Shown here piece after piece: positions 20,289 through 28,771 of a stretch of 64,000 bases of DNA. Below the pieces are notes generated by a model. That model did not search any database. It was not told where the DNA came from and saw only the letters and a program-made list of their open reading frames with translations. The translations under genes were made by a program, and so were the position numbers. How positions within the stretch are numbered: the stretch's first letter is position 1; each line of letters begins with the position of its first letter. This stretch comes from Nitrosopumilus sp. (GTDB taxonomy: Archaea > Thermoproteota > Nitrososphaeria > Nitrososphaerales > Nitrosopumilaceae): positions 768,001-832,000 of the forward strand of contig OZ245040.1 in the NCBI GenBank assembly GCA_965224195.1, given 5' to 3'.

Positions 20289-21423
20289 ATGAATGCAAGA
20301 AAACAACGAGCTCAAATTATGATGGAAACTAAAGGTCATTGTTCACAGATTGACCAGAACTCCTTTAGAGTTAGATCTCAGTCAAATCCAAATAATTTCT
20401 ATATTGTATCAAAAACAGAAAACGGATTAAAATGTCAATGTAAGGATCATAATTGTAGGAAATCTGACTGCAAGCATATCAAGATAGTTTTAGAGATTAT
20501 CAAAAATAACAATTGTCGTAGAGACAATACATTTAGAATTATGGAACGCTCTAAACTAAAACTATGCAAATTCTGTGATTCAGGCAAAATTATCAAAAAA
20601 GGAATCAAGAAAAATAAATCAGGTAATCTTCAAAAATTCAAATGTAAAGATTGTAAAAGAGGATTCACTGCAAATTTTGGTTTTGAGAAAATGAGACATA
20701 AACCAGTTCTAATCACTAGAGCATTGCAGATGTATTATTCAGGAATGTCAGTTAGAGACATTGCAGACTGCTTTGAGCAAGAAGAAATAGAAATATCATA
20801 TAGGGCAGTTTACGACTGGGTTAAAAAAATACTCCAGAATGACACACAATTATCTAAAGGGGATTGTACCAAGGGTATCAGAAACATGGAGAACAGATGA
20901 AATTTTTATGAAAATTAGTGGTGAGCAGAAGCTACAATATTCAATGCTTGATCATGAGACCCGATTCATGATTACTCAATATATGGCAAACACAAAAGGC
21001 ACTGAAAACGTTACACCAATGTTTAGAGAAGCCATGATGATTACAGATAAGATACCAACAACATTAATTTCTGATGGTGCTCCTAATTTCCATAAGGCAT
21101 GGAAAGAGAATTACAAGGCAAAGAATTTTCTTTGGAAAGATACTGAACATATACGTCACATTCACATGAAGGGTGATAAAAATAACAACAGAATGGAGAG
21201 GTTAAACGGAACCATAAGAGACAGGGAAGTTTCATACAGAGGGATAAAAAAGATGAACAGTCCATTATTTGACGGATTCCAAATTTACTATAATTTCTCA
21301 AAAAAACACGGTGGAATTGGTAATAAGACACCAGCTGAGATGGCAAAGATAGAAGTAGACGGTGCTAACAAATGGAAGACCATAATTCAAAATGCCAGTC
21401 TCTACAGGGAAAATTCAATTTGA
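20289..21423 (+). pseudogene. IS6-like DDE transposase with N-terminal SWIM and Zn-ribbon domains, split by one extra A
   Basis: CQCKDH..CKH (SWIM), CKFC..CKDC, HTH, then WRTDE, LISDG, NNNRMER. Frameshift in the A7 run 20823-20829. Confidence 0.85.
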
Positions 21424-21601
21424 AGAAGATCCATATTTCAGGTGCCTATAACTTCACAGAACCTTGATTTTATCTTCCTTTTTATTTGCATGTGTTGTTA
21501 TATTTATGATCGTTACGCCTTATGATCATTATGTCCCATCAAAATCTGATGATTCTCTGACCCATTCTGAATAGCTTGAAGCTATTGATTTTAAACTATA
21601 A

Positions 21602-22117
21602 TCAATAACCCACAATCAAAATTCCTTTCAATGGAAGTTTAATTCGCTGACTTGCATACAACGTATCAAAAAAAGATATTACTGCTTTGAAATCCTTAAA
21701 AGTTTTTAGATAGATTTTACGAATGGCAATTACCAAGTAATCTGTATTTAACATCATACATGCCTGAAACAAATCTTTTAGAAATTGATAATTTGTTACT
21801 CCTCGTCCAGCTTCTACTTCGATAACCGTTTTAGTATTTTTGTCAAATGCATCTGCATCAAATGTTTTCTCTAGTTTACCATTTATCCCAAACAACACAG
21901 GAATTTTTATCTTGTCTATTCTTCTTTTAGATTTTTCTACTTCATATCCAATATCTAAAAAATCATTTCTTAATTTTAAAAGAACCTGATCACTTTTTAA
22001 TTCTTTAGTTGACGATGTAATTTCTTTTTCATTTTGTTCAAAAACTTTTACAACTTTAGATAGGTGCTCTGGAATTTTTTCAGATTTTGGATAATATTGC
22101 CAAGAAATAGAATTCAA
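21602..22117 (-). CDS. Putative PD-(D/E)xK restriction-endonuclease-like protein
   Basis: FDADAFD...VIEVEAGR...FLKDLFQAC; defence-gene context. Confidence 0.55.
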   Translation of the reverse strand: MNSISWQYYPKSEKIPEHLSKVVKVFEQNEKEITSSTKELKSDQVLLKLRNDFLDIGYEVEKSKRRIDKIKIPVLFGINGKLEKTFDADAFDKNTKTVIEVEAGRGVTNYQFLKDLFQACMMLNTDYLVIAIRKIYLKTFKDFKAVISFFDTLYASQRIKLPLKGILIVGY

Positions 22118-22129
22118 TGAACATTTATA

Positions 22130-22336
22130 ATGATGTTAAGTTATAATGTTTTTTACAAATATGTTTCAAAAAAGAATACAATTAAACTATTTGACCTATA
22201 TTGCACATTGTCTCAAGATGCAGAATTAGAACATATGCTTCATCTCAAACATAGAATAAGGGGTAGTTTATTCAGTTTAAAAAAAAGTGGTAGAATTAAA
22301 CGAGTATCTGATGCAACATACAAAATTTTAGACTGA
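22130..22336 (+). CDS. Short wHTH-like hypothetical protein or gene remnant
   Basis: 68-aa ORF ending HRIRGSLFSLKKSGRIKRV. Confidence 0.35.
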   Translation: MMLSYNVFYKYVSKKNTIKLFDLYCTLSQDAELEHMLHLKHRIRGSLFSLKKSGRIKRVSDATYKILD

Positions 22337-22360
22337 AATTCAATCTAAGCTCCCAAAGAT

Positions 22361-22608
22361 GTTACAGAATCCTTTAAAGCAAGATTGAAACATGCCGCCA
22401 TATGCAGGTCAATCATGCAAATATTCCGTATTGTTGTTACGGCCCCATTGAAGCAAAATATTGAAGCTAGAGCAGACAGGCAAGCAAGCAAACATGCATG
22501 CTCATAATTTCCTCACCTCCTGGTGAGGCCGCCCCATTAAAACAAAATAGAAGACGGAGCTTTTGCAAAAGAAAGCCAGTTTGAATCGAACTTTCATAGG
22601 ATAAACAA
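22361..22608 (+). ncRNA. Cassette R1 copy 1: chain of four different CRISPR-repeat-like units (putative ncRNA)
   Basis: Three units end ATTGAAAC, ATTGAAGC and ATTAAAAC; the fourth starts GTTTGAATCGAAC. About 228 bp duplicated at 25507-25732. Confidence 0.5.
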
Positions 22609-22659
22609 CTGCTGATCCCAAAAATTCAGTCAGATTTCAGGTGTGGCAAACAATATCCC

Positions 22660-25194
22660 ATGGCAACGAATCTTAAAATAGCAAGTTCCGAAACCTACCG
22701 TGACTTGGATTCTGATGCTCTTGAAGACATAGAGGAACTCATCAGGCTTGGCATGGGCGACACGCAAAGGCTCAATCATATGAAATCAATGCTCCAAAAG
22801 GGCAGGGTCCTGTACAATTCAGACAGAGCATACGTAGAGAAGCTGAAAAAGTTTCTGGAAGATGACAATGACAGCATCGATGACCAGCCACCAAAAGCAG
22901 GATTACAAGCTCCTGATACGCCATCGCCACCTGAAACAGACACCGTGCCACCATCAACCATTGAAACAGCTGCCAATAGTGCAAAAGACAACGACAAGAT
23001 CGTCCTCATGGTAAACCAATCACCCGGGTCAAGTGCTGCCTGGTATCTCTTGCCATTATTTTTTTCTATAATAGGCGGTGCCATATCTTACATGTGTATC
23101 AAAAGAGAGGATCCTACAAGGGCCCGCAGGACGCTCATACTTGGTGTCTGCCTGTTTGCAGTGCAAGCGTGCATGATTATAGGAATTTTCCTGATTGCCT
23201 ATGAGGACACAGGCGTACCGACAACTGACATGTCAGACAATCAGATAAGAAAGGATGCCGTGACCATCCCATACGATTCCCTGATGGATGAAAGCCACCT
23301 GTACGAGGGAAAGGCAGTATATTACAAGGGCAGGGTGCTGCAGGCATTTGACAATTTCTTTGGTTCGTATACAATGAGGATGAACATATTAAACAATGAC
23401 ACATTATTCGAGTCCGATAGCATTATGCTCAACTTTGAGCCAAGCACTGATGAGGAGAAACAGTGGGTTGAGAACATCAGGAGAAACCCAGACATATTTG
23501 GGTTAGACTCTCATGATGCTCAGATATGGGGAATATATCGCGGATTTATTGAATACGAGACCCTTTTCGGAGGTATCAATACAATACCTGAAGTTGATGT
23601 GCATATGCTGGAGATCAACATGCCGGATCCTAAAACTGAAGAGATAGCGAAAGACAGGATGCTTGTACTACCTGGAATTGATCCTGGTACTGATACTCCA
23701 GAACTTACTGTAACTGGAACACCTGCAGATAATTTCCCCGATGAACAACGTTCTCAATTTTGTGGTTCAAGTGATGCAAAGTCTACAGATTTTGTTCAAG
23801 AATTTTCAATTCCAACCTTGTGTACAAATCCTCTTGCAATTGTAACTGATTATGATGGAAACGTATGGTTTGCTGAAACTAATACTGGTAAAATTACTAA
23901 ATTTGATCCTGCTTCTGAAACATTCACTGAATATGAAAATTCATTGTGGCCTCCAGGTGGACGTTCAATGATTTGGGGAATGGATTATGCGCCCGATGGT
24001 TCTATATGGTTTACTGACGAATCCTATGATTCCATATGGAAATTCTCAACTATTGATGAGACCTATGATAGATTATCATATCCTTCTGAAGGAGATTCTT
24101 TACCTCAAAAACTTCTAGTTGATGGTTCTCAAATAATAATAAATGATTTTACTGGAAACAAACTCACATTTTTAGATCCTAATCAATCTGGTGAGGAAGT
24201 AAATTATCTTAGTATTCCATCCCCTACTGATGACTCTGTAACTGCAGACTTTGCAGTGGATGCAAACGATAATGTCTGGTACACTAATTGGTTATATCAG
24301 CAAGGAGGAGTTTTAGTAAAATTTGATCAAAATGATTATCTTAATTCTGTTGCAAATTCCGGAGAGCAATATCTTCCATTAATTGACTTTATCGAACTCT
24401 ATCGATTACCTATGACCCTTCTAACTCCTAACGGTATTACTGTGGCAGATGATGGTAATATTTGGATGGCTGATACAACATCTTCATCATTCTTTCATTT
24501 TGATCCGATAACTGAAAATTTTGTACAATATGTAACATCTGATCCTATATTGAGCACATATGGTAATCAGACAGGCGTTGTAAAAACTCCAATATCCAGA
24601 CCCTATTGGATTGAATCTGATGATCAAGGTAGAATTATTTTCAATGAACAAACTGCAAATAATATTTCTGTAATGGATCCAAAGTCTCAATCCCTTGTTG
24701 AATATCATGTTCCTTCAAAGAACCCCAACTGGGCTGATTGTGATCCTGGAACAGGCATGATGTTGGCTGATTGTGGTGTTGCTCAAATCTTTGATTTCAC
24801 TGTTGATGGTGAAAAAATCTGGTTTACTGAATGGGCAGAAAATAATATTGGGGTAGTTGATACATCTATTCCGTTACCTTTGGAAATACAACTAACATCA
24901 ACTTCTTTAACAACTACGACTGGAAATTCAAAGCCAATTGACTTTGTAGTGTCATCTTTATCTCAAAAAGACCTACTTGATGTTTCATTAATTTTATCTT
25001 CAACACATGATTTTTTAAATATTGGATTAGTTGATTCACCTGAAACATTCCAACTTGATTTTGATGCCCCTCGTCCGATCTCTCTTATCATTAATACTAC
25101 TGAAGATGCAATTCCTGGTACATACAAAGTTCTACTTGGTGCACAATTATCTGATGTTGCAATTAGCAAATATGTAACAGTGACAATAGAGTGA
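22660..25194 (+). CDS. Chimeric membrane protein: foreign N-terminal part fused to a thaumarchaeal Vgb-lyase-like beta-propeller
   Basis: Two TM helices (AAWYLLPLFFSIIGG), OB-like region, then P..I..D.DGNVWF repeats. Base composition shifts near 23670. Confidence 0.8.
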   Translation: MATNLKIASSETYRDLDSDALEDIEELIRLGMGDTQRLNHMKSMLQKGRVLYNSDRAYVEKLKKFLEDDNDSIDDQPPKAGLQAPDTPSPPETDTVPPSTIETAANSAKDNDKIVLMVNQSPGSSAAWYLLPLFFSIIGGAISYMCIKREDPTRARRTLILGVCLFAVQACMIIGIFLIAYEDTGVPTTDMSDNQIRKDAVTIPYDSLMDESHLYEGKAVYYKGRVLQAFDNFFGSYTMRMNILNNDTLFESDSIMLNFEPSTDEEKQWVENIRRNPDIFGLDSHDAQIWGIYRGFIEYETLFGGINTIPEVDVHMLEINMPDPKTEEIAKDRMLVLPGIDPGTDTPELTVTGTPADNFPDEQRSQFCGSSDAKSTDFVQEFSIPTLCTNPLAIVTDYDGNVWFAETNTGKITKFDPASETFTEYENSLWPPGGRSMIWGMDYAPDGSIWFTDESYDSIWKFSTIDETYDRLSYPSEGDSLPQKLLVDGSQIIINDFTGNKLTFLDPNQSGEEVNYLSIPSPTDDSVTADFAVDANDNVWYTNWLYQQGGVLVKFDQNDYLNSVANSGEQYLPLIDFIELYRLPMTLLTPNGITVADDGNIWMADTTSSSFFHFDPITENFVQYVTSDPILSTYGNQTGVVKTPISRPYWIESDDQGRIIFNEQTANNISVMDPKSQSLVEYHVPSKNPNWADCDPGTGMMLADCGVAQIFDFTVDGEKIWFTEWAENNIGVVDTSIPLPLEIQLTSTSLTTTTGNSKPIDFVVSSLSQKDLLDVSLILSSTHDFLNIGLVDSPETFQLDFDAPRPISLIINTTEDAIPGTYKVLLGAQLSDVAISKYVTVTIE

Positions 25195-25436
25195 TACCTG
25201 ACTTAGATTCTCAAATTGGGATTTCAGTTTACAATACTAAATTCCCTGGTATAGGGGGTAAAATTAGAATTGAACCTGAAGATTTCCAAGTTAGTGAATT
25301 AATTTCTGAAAAATCTAAAAAATCAATTAATGATCAACATGGATATGCTGTGTATAAATTAAAAAAGAAAAAAATTGACACCAATCATGCACTATCTGGG
25401 ATTTTTAGACAAAAAGGTATCGATTCAAAATTCTAG
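25191..25436 (+). pseudogene. truD: 5' fragment of tRNA pseudouridine(13) synthase
   Basis: GIGGKIRIEPEDFQVSE...YKLKKKKIDT N-terminus, cut after ~76 codons by an IS6-end-like sequence. Confidence 0.8.
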
Positions 25437-25474
25437 TCCATGCAAGGAAAATTCAATTTGAAGAAGATCCGTAT
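25423..25474 (+). mobile_element. Relic right end of a related IS6-like element
   Basis: ATTCAAAAT..AGTC...GGAAAATTCAATTTGAAGAAGATCC matches the transposase 3' end and inner inverted repeat at 21385-21432. Confidence 0.7.
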
Positions 25475-25506
25475 CTTCATGTTATCCCTCGACGATTACG
25501 CAGACC

Positions 25507-25732
25507 CCTTTAAAGCAAGATTGAAACATGCCGCCATATGCAGGTCAATCATGCAAATATTTCGTATTGTTGTTACGGCCCCATTGAAGTAAAATATTGA
25601 AGCTAGAGCAGACAGGCAAGCAAGCAAACATGCATGCTCATAATTTCCTCACCTCCTGGTGAGGCCCCATTAAAACAAAATAGAAGACGGAGCTTTTGCA
25701 AAAGAAAGCCAGTTTGAATCGAACTTTCATAG
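25507..25732 (+). repeat. Cassette R1 copy 2
   Basis: Direct repeat of 22371-22599 with two substitutions and a 3-bp indel. Confidence 0.92.
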
Positions 25733-25849
25733 AAGAGATTATAAGATTTTATGAATGTTAAAAAAGAAGAAGGCTCGGGAAATGATTCAGATCATTTTTT
25801 AAAATGAGGAGAATCAAAAGTCACGGCTCTCATCATCGCCTTTTATTTT

Positions 25850-25969
25850 TTATGCGTTGAAATAATGCTTGCACTTTGTGCATTGTAGCGGCCTTCCCAG
25901 TTCTTTTCTTGTGGCCATTTCATACTTGCATTTTTCACATTTTACTATTCTTATGCCCATATGATTCAT
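25850..25969 (-). CDS. 39-aa Zn-ribbon protein (absent from ORF track)
   Basis: Manual translation MNHMGIRIVKCEKCKYEMATRKELGRPLQCTKCKHYFNA. Confidence 0.65.
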   Translation of the reverse strand: MNHMGIRIVKCEKCKYEMATRKELGRPLQCTKCKHYFNA

Positions 25970-25983
25970 TATTCAGCCCCATA

Positions 25984-26044
25984 TTTATTATTATACACGT
26001 GTAAAATAACAACACTTTTATTATTATACCCGTGTAAAATAACA
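25984..26044. promoter_or_regulatory. Tandem 28-bp operator-like repeats
   Basis: TTTATTATTATAC(A/C)CGTGTAAAATAACA twice, with palindromic core TACACGTGTA, between divergent genes. Confidence 0.7.
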
Positions 26045-26733
26045 TGAATCAAATACAAATTCAGCAGGAAAAAATAGTTTGCCACGATGAGAATGATTTT
26101 CGATATTACTCATTTGGTGATCAAGTATATGCATCAGCTACCACCTTGCTTGATGCTATGCAGGACAAGTCCTGGATGCAATATGTGAATCTGTCGCAAG
26201 AAGCATTAAATGACAGACGAAACAATGCGGCAAAAATTGGAACAGCAGTACATCAGGCTCTCTATGAAAAACTTTCAGGACTAAATGTGACAAAGCTGGG
26301 CCTGGTCGCATCAGCACACGTGTCACAGATTTCAGAACATCTCAATAAAATATCCGATGTTCGGGGACTGGAAAAAATTATGAAGTCTGACACCCTCAAG
26401 GTGGCCGGAACTGCAGATGTCATTGCAGCATATGATGGCGTCTCATCCGTCATTGATTTTAAGACGACACGAAAGCCTCGCTACGGCAAACGACGGGACG
26501 TGTGGTATCTGCAGGCTGCAATGTATGCCTTTATGCATTATGAGGAGACAAATTTTATTGCAAGTCAAATCGTCATCATAGAGTCATGTGAGGACGGAAA
26601 GTGCCGCATACACAAGGTAAAGTTTGCAGACTATGCAGATGAGATGCTTGAGACAATCCAAATGTTTTATTTGCCTGAATCAACTGACAACTCGCCAACA
26701 AAATATCTAGAGTTTTTGAGGAGGATAAACTAA
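26044..26733 (+). CDS. Viral-type PD-(D/E)xK exonuclease
   Basis: SATTLL, GTAVH, AGTADVI, IDFKT, LQAAMY. Confidence 0.85.
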   Translation: MNQIQIQQEKIVCHDENDFRYYSFGDQVYASATTLLDAMQDKSWMQYVNLSQEALNDRRNNAAKIGTAVHQALYEKLSGLNVTKLGLVASAHVSQISEHLNKISDVRGLEKIMKSDTLKVAGTADVIAAYDGVSSVIDFKTTRKPRYGKRRDVWYLQAAMYAFMHYEETNFIASQIVIIESCEDGKCRIHKVKFADYADEMLETIQMFYLPESTDNSPTKYLEFLRRIN

Positions 26734-27125
26734 TGTCTGTCATATCCATGGCCTCAAGGTTTGACAGCACCTGCAAGGTCTGCAGTGCACAAATCAGAGC
26801 CGGTGATGCCATATACAAAGTAAATGATCACTGGTGCAAAGACCAGAGCTGTGGCAAGTCTGACAACCAGGTTCACATGGAGAAGAGACGCATTGATCTT
26901 GAGAATAAAACTCCGCCTGGCGACTTGGATTCTGAGACGTGCAGTGTCATTGATGCAAATGCCGTGCTCTTGTACAAAATTAATCAGAGGGTCTTGCATG
27001 CCCTCAAGAAATATGACGAGGCCCCAAACCCTGCAATGGTTGGGCAGTTTACAAAAATCATATATGACAAGCTAGGGCCGTCATCCTCTTCTTCCTCTTC
27101 CTCTTCTTCCTCCTCCTCCTCCTGA
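26733..27125 (+). CDS. Virus-like Zn-finger protein with poly-Ser tail
   Basis: SRFDSTCKVC..IRAGD..WC...C; TAATG overlap with the exonuclease. Confidence 0.65.
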   Translation: MSVISMASRFDSTCKVCSAQIRAGDAIYKVNDHWCKDQSCGKSDNQVHMEKRRIDLENKTPPGDLDSETCSVIDANAVLLYKINQRVLHALKKYDEAPNPAMVGQFTKIIYDKLGPSSSSSSSSSSSSSS

Positions 27126-27254
27126 CAGGACCTTATGCCAAATTCTGCTGAGCATTTTGTAAATGCCTGGCATGAGATGCATCTGCAAGAATAGCGTGTG
27201 GCCGCGTCCAACGTTTTATTGTGGGGGGGCGTGTAACGGACTGAGCGTTCACTC

Positions 27255-27423
27255 ACTTGTCATTTGAAAGACTTTTATCTATTTTTTAGTTTGAGACATG
27301 TGTGGATGCACCACGTTTGAATCGAACCTTTATGGGATTAAAAAATATTAAGCATGTGTACACAGTGCATCCACTGCCTTCTTCACCCTACCTTTATGAT
27401 GTTCATACACCTTCGATTGAAGG
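27255..27423 (+). ncRNA. Cassette R2 copy 1: promoter-like box plus stem-enclosed CRISPR-repeat-like unit
   Basis: AAAGACTTTTATCT box; GTGGATGCAC/GTGCATCCAC stem around GTTTGAATCGAACCTTTATGGGATTAAAAA; ends ATTGAAGG; duplicated at 28464-28637. Confidence 0.5.
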
Positions 27424-27538
27424 ATTTCCAAAATGCCTCAAAAACTCCCGATTACTTGACATGAAGAAAATTTTGATCTCATCTCCGGACTGCCTGACAG
27501 AACATAAATAAGTAAGGCATGCCAGTGTTGTTCAATAT

Positions 27539-28378
27539 ATGAAAAAGACAATAATCTTTGCAATAATATTTACAATAATAGCTGGGATCTCAGTTTTGGT
27601 ATTGGGATCCTTTGAAACATCTCATGTAGATACCATAGAGATGACGGGTGTGGATGCCATAGAGATGACAGATGCAGAAAAGATGTGGCTTGAGACAAGA
27701 CAAACCATAAGGGTGGCATATGATCCTGCCTGGTATCCGTTTGAGTACATGGACAAAGAGTCCGGCAAGATAGGGGGACTTTCAGGCAAGTACTTTGCAG
27801 AGATAGAATCATCTACAGGAGCAGACCTTGTTACAATAGAGATATCTGACTGGGCAGATGCATTAGAGTCAGTTAAAGACGGCAGGGCAGACATGTTGCT
27901 CATGGCAGCTGACACTGAGCAGAGAAGGGAGTTTTTGGGATTTACAGAACCGCACAGCAGAATATCCGTGGACATGATCACAGTTGGAACTCAGACACTT
28001 GACGTAAAAGATCTGGCAGAGCTCAGAGTTGCCACCGTAAGGGATTATGCAGTAGAGTCATGGCTTGATCAGAACAGGCCAGAGGTAATGTATGCATCAT
28101 TTGAAAATGCCGCTGCTGCACTAGATGCATTAGAGGCAAAGAGCATGGATGTCTTTCTTGAAAATGAGCACGTGGCATCAATTACAGCCAAAAAGGCAGG
28201 CATAAGCGGAGGAGTGTTTAATGCAGGCCCGTCAGGATACGAGTATGTTCTGTCCATAGGCTTTGCAAAAGAGTCCGGTGAGCTTGGCACCATACTGCAA
28301 AAGGCCATTGATGCAATTCCGCAAGATCAAAAAGCACAGATGCTCAAAGACGTACTGGCAGAGAACGACGGCATCTGA
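27539..28378 (+). CDS. Membrane-anchored solute-binding protein family 3 (like PBP domains of bacterial sensor kinases)
   Basis: IRVAYDPAWYPFEY, WADALESVKDGRAD, RREFLGFTEPH. Confidence 0.85.
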   Translation: MKKTIIFAIIFTIIAGISVLVLGSFETSHVDTIEMTGVDAIEMTDAEKMWLETRQTIRVAYDPAWYPFEYMDKESGKIGGLSGKYFAEIESSTGADLVTIEISDWADALESVKDGRADMLLMAADTEQRREFLGFTEPHSRISVDMITVGTQTLDVKDLAELRVATVRDYAVESWLDQNRPEVMYASFENAAAALDALEAKSMDVFLENEHVASITAKKAGISGGVFNAGPSGYEYVLSIGFAKESGELGTILQKAIDAIPQDQKAQMLKDVLAENDGI

Positions 28379-28463
28379 GCGCAGAGACAACTACTGCAGA
28401 GATTTGTATGAAAGGCAGCTTGTTGCAGGTTTGATGCCCGCACACACATACAGCTGACAAACT

Positions 28464-28637
28464 ACTTGTCCATTTTCAAAAGACTTTTATCTATTTTTTA
28501 GTTTGAGACATGTGTGGATGCACCACGTTTGAATCGAACTATATTATAGGATTAAAAAACATCAAGCATCTGTACACAGTGCATCCACTGCCTTCTTCAC
28601 CTTACCTTTATGATGTTCATACACCTTCGATTGAAGG
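28464..28637 (+). repeat. Cassette R2 copy 2
   Basis: Direct repeat of 27255-27423; differences are concentrated inside the loop. Confidence 0.9.
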
Positions 28638-28771
28638 CTTTTAAAATTGATCATTTATTTTAACCAATTCTCAATCTTGATAATATTTAAAAAAATCATA
28701 ATTTACACAATATTGATTTGTATGGAAATTATAGAATAAACTCTTTTTAACTTAATCCATATTGCTCTAGT

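Larger units (their letters stand above)
18717..21463 (+). mobile_element. IS6-family transporter element carrying a MunI-like R-M system
   Basis: Perfect 54-bp inverted repeats 18717-18770 and 21410-21463 beginning GGTTCTGT (IS6-type end). They enclose REase, MTase, AbrB-like gene and DDE transposase. Confidence 0.9.

Noticed and set aside
18709-21471. Target-site duplication for the IS6-type unit (and for IS1595 at 14939-15828)
   Set aside because: Flanks do not match (GAAACTAG vs TTGATTTT), so no TSD is claimed.
26044-26733. Exonuclease as Cas4
   Set aside because: It has PD-(D/E)xK motifs but lacks the C-terminal three-Cys Fe-S cluster motif of Cas4, and there are no other cas genes.
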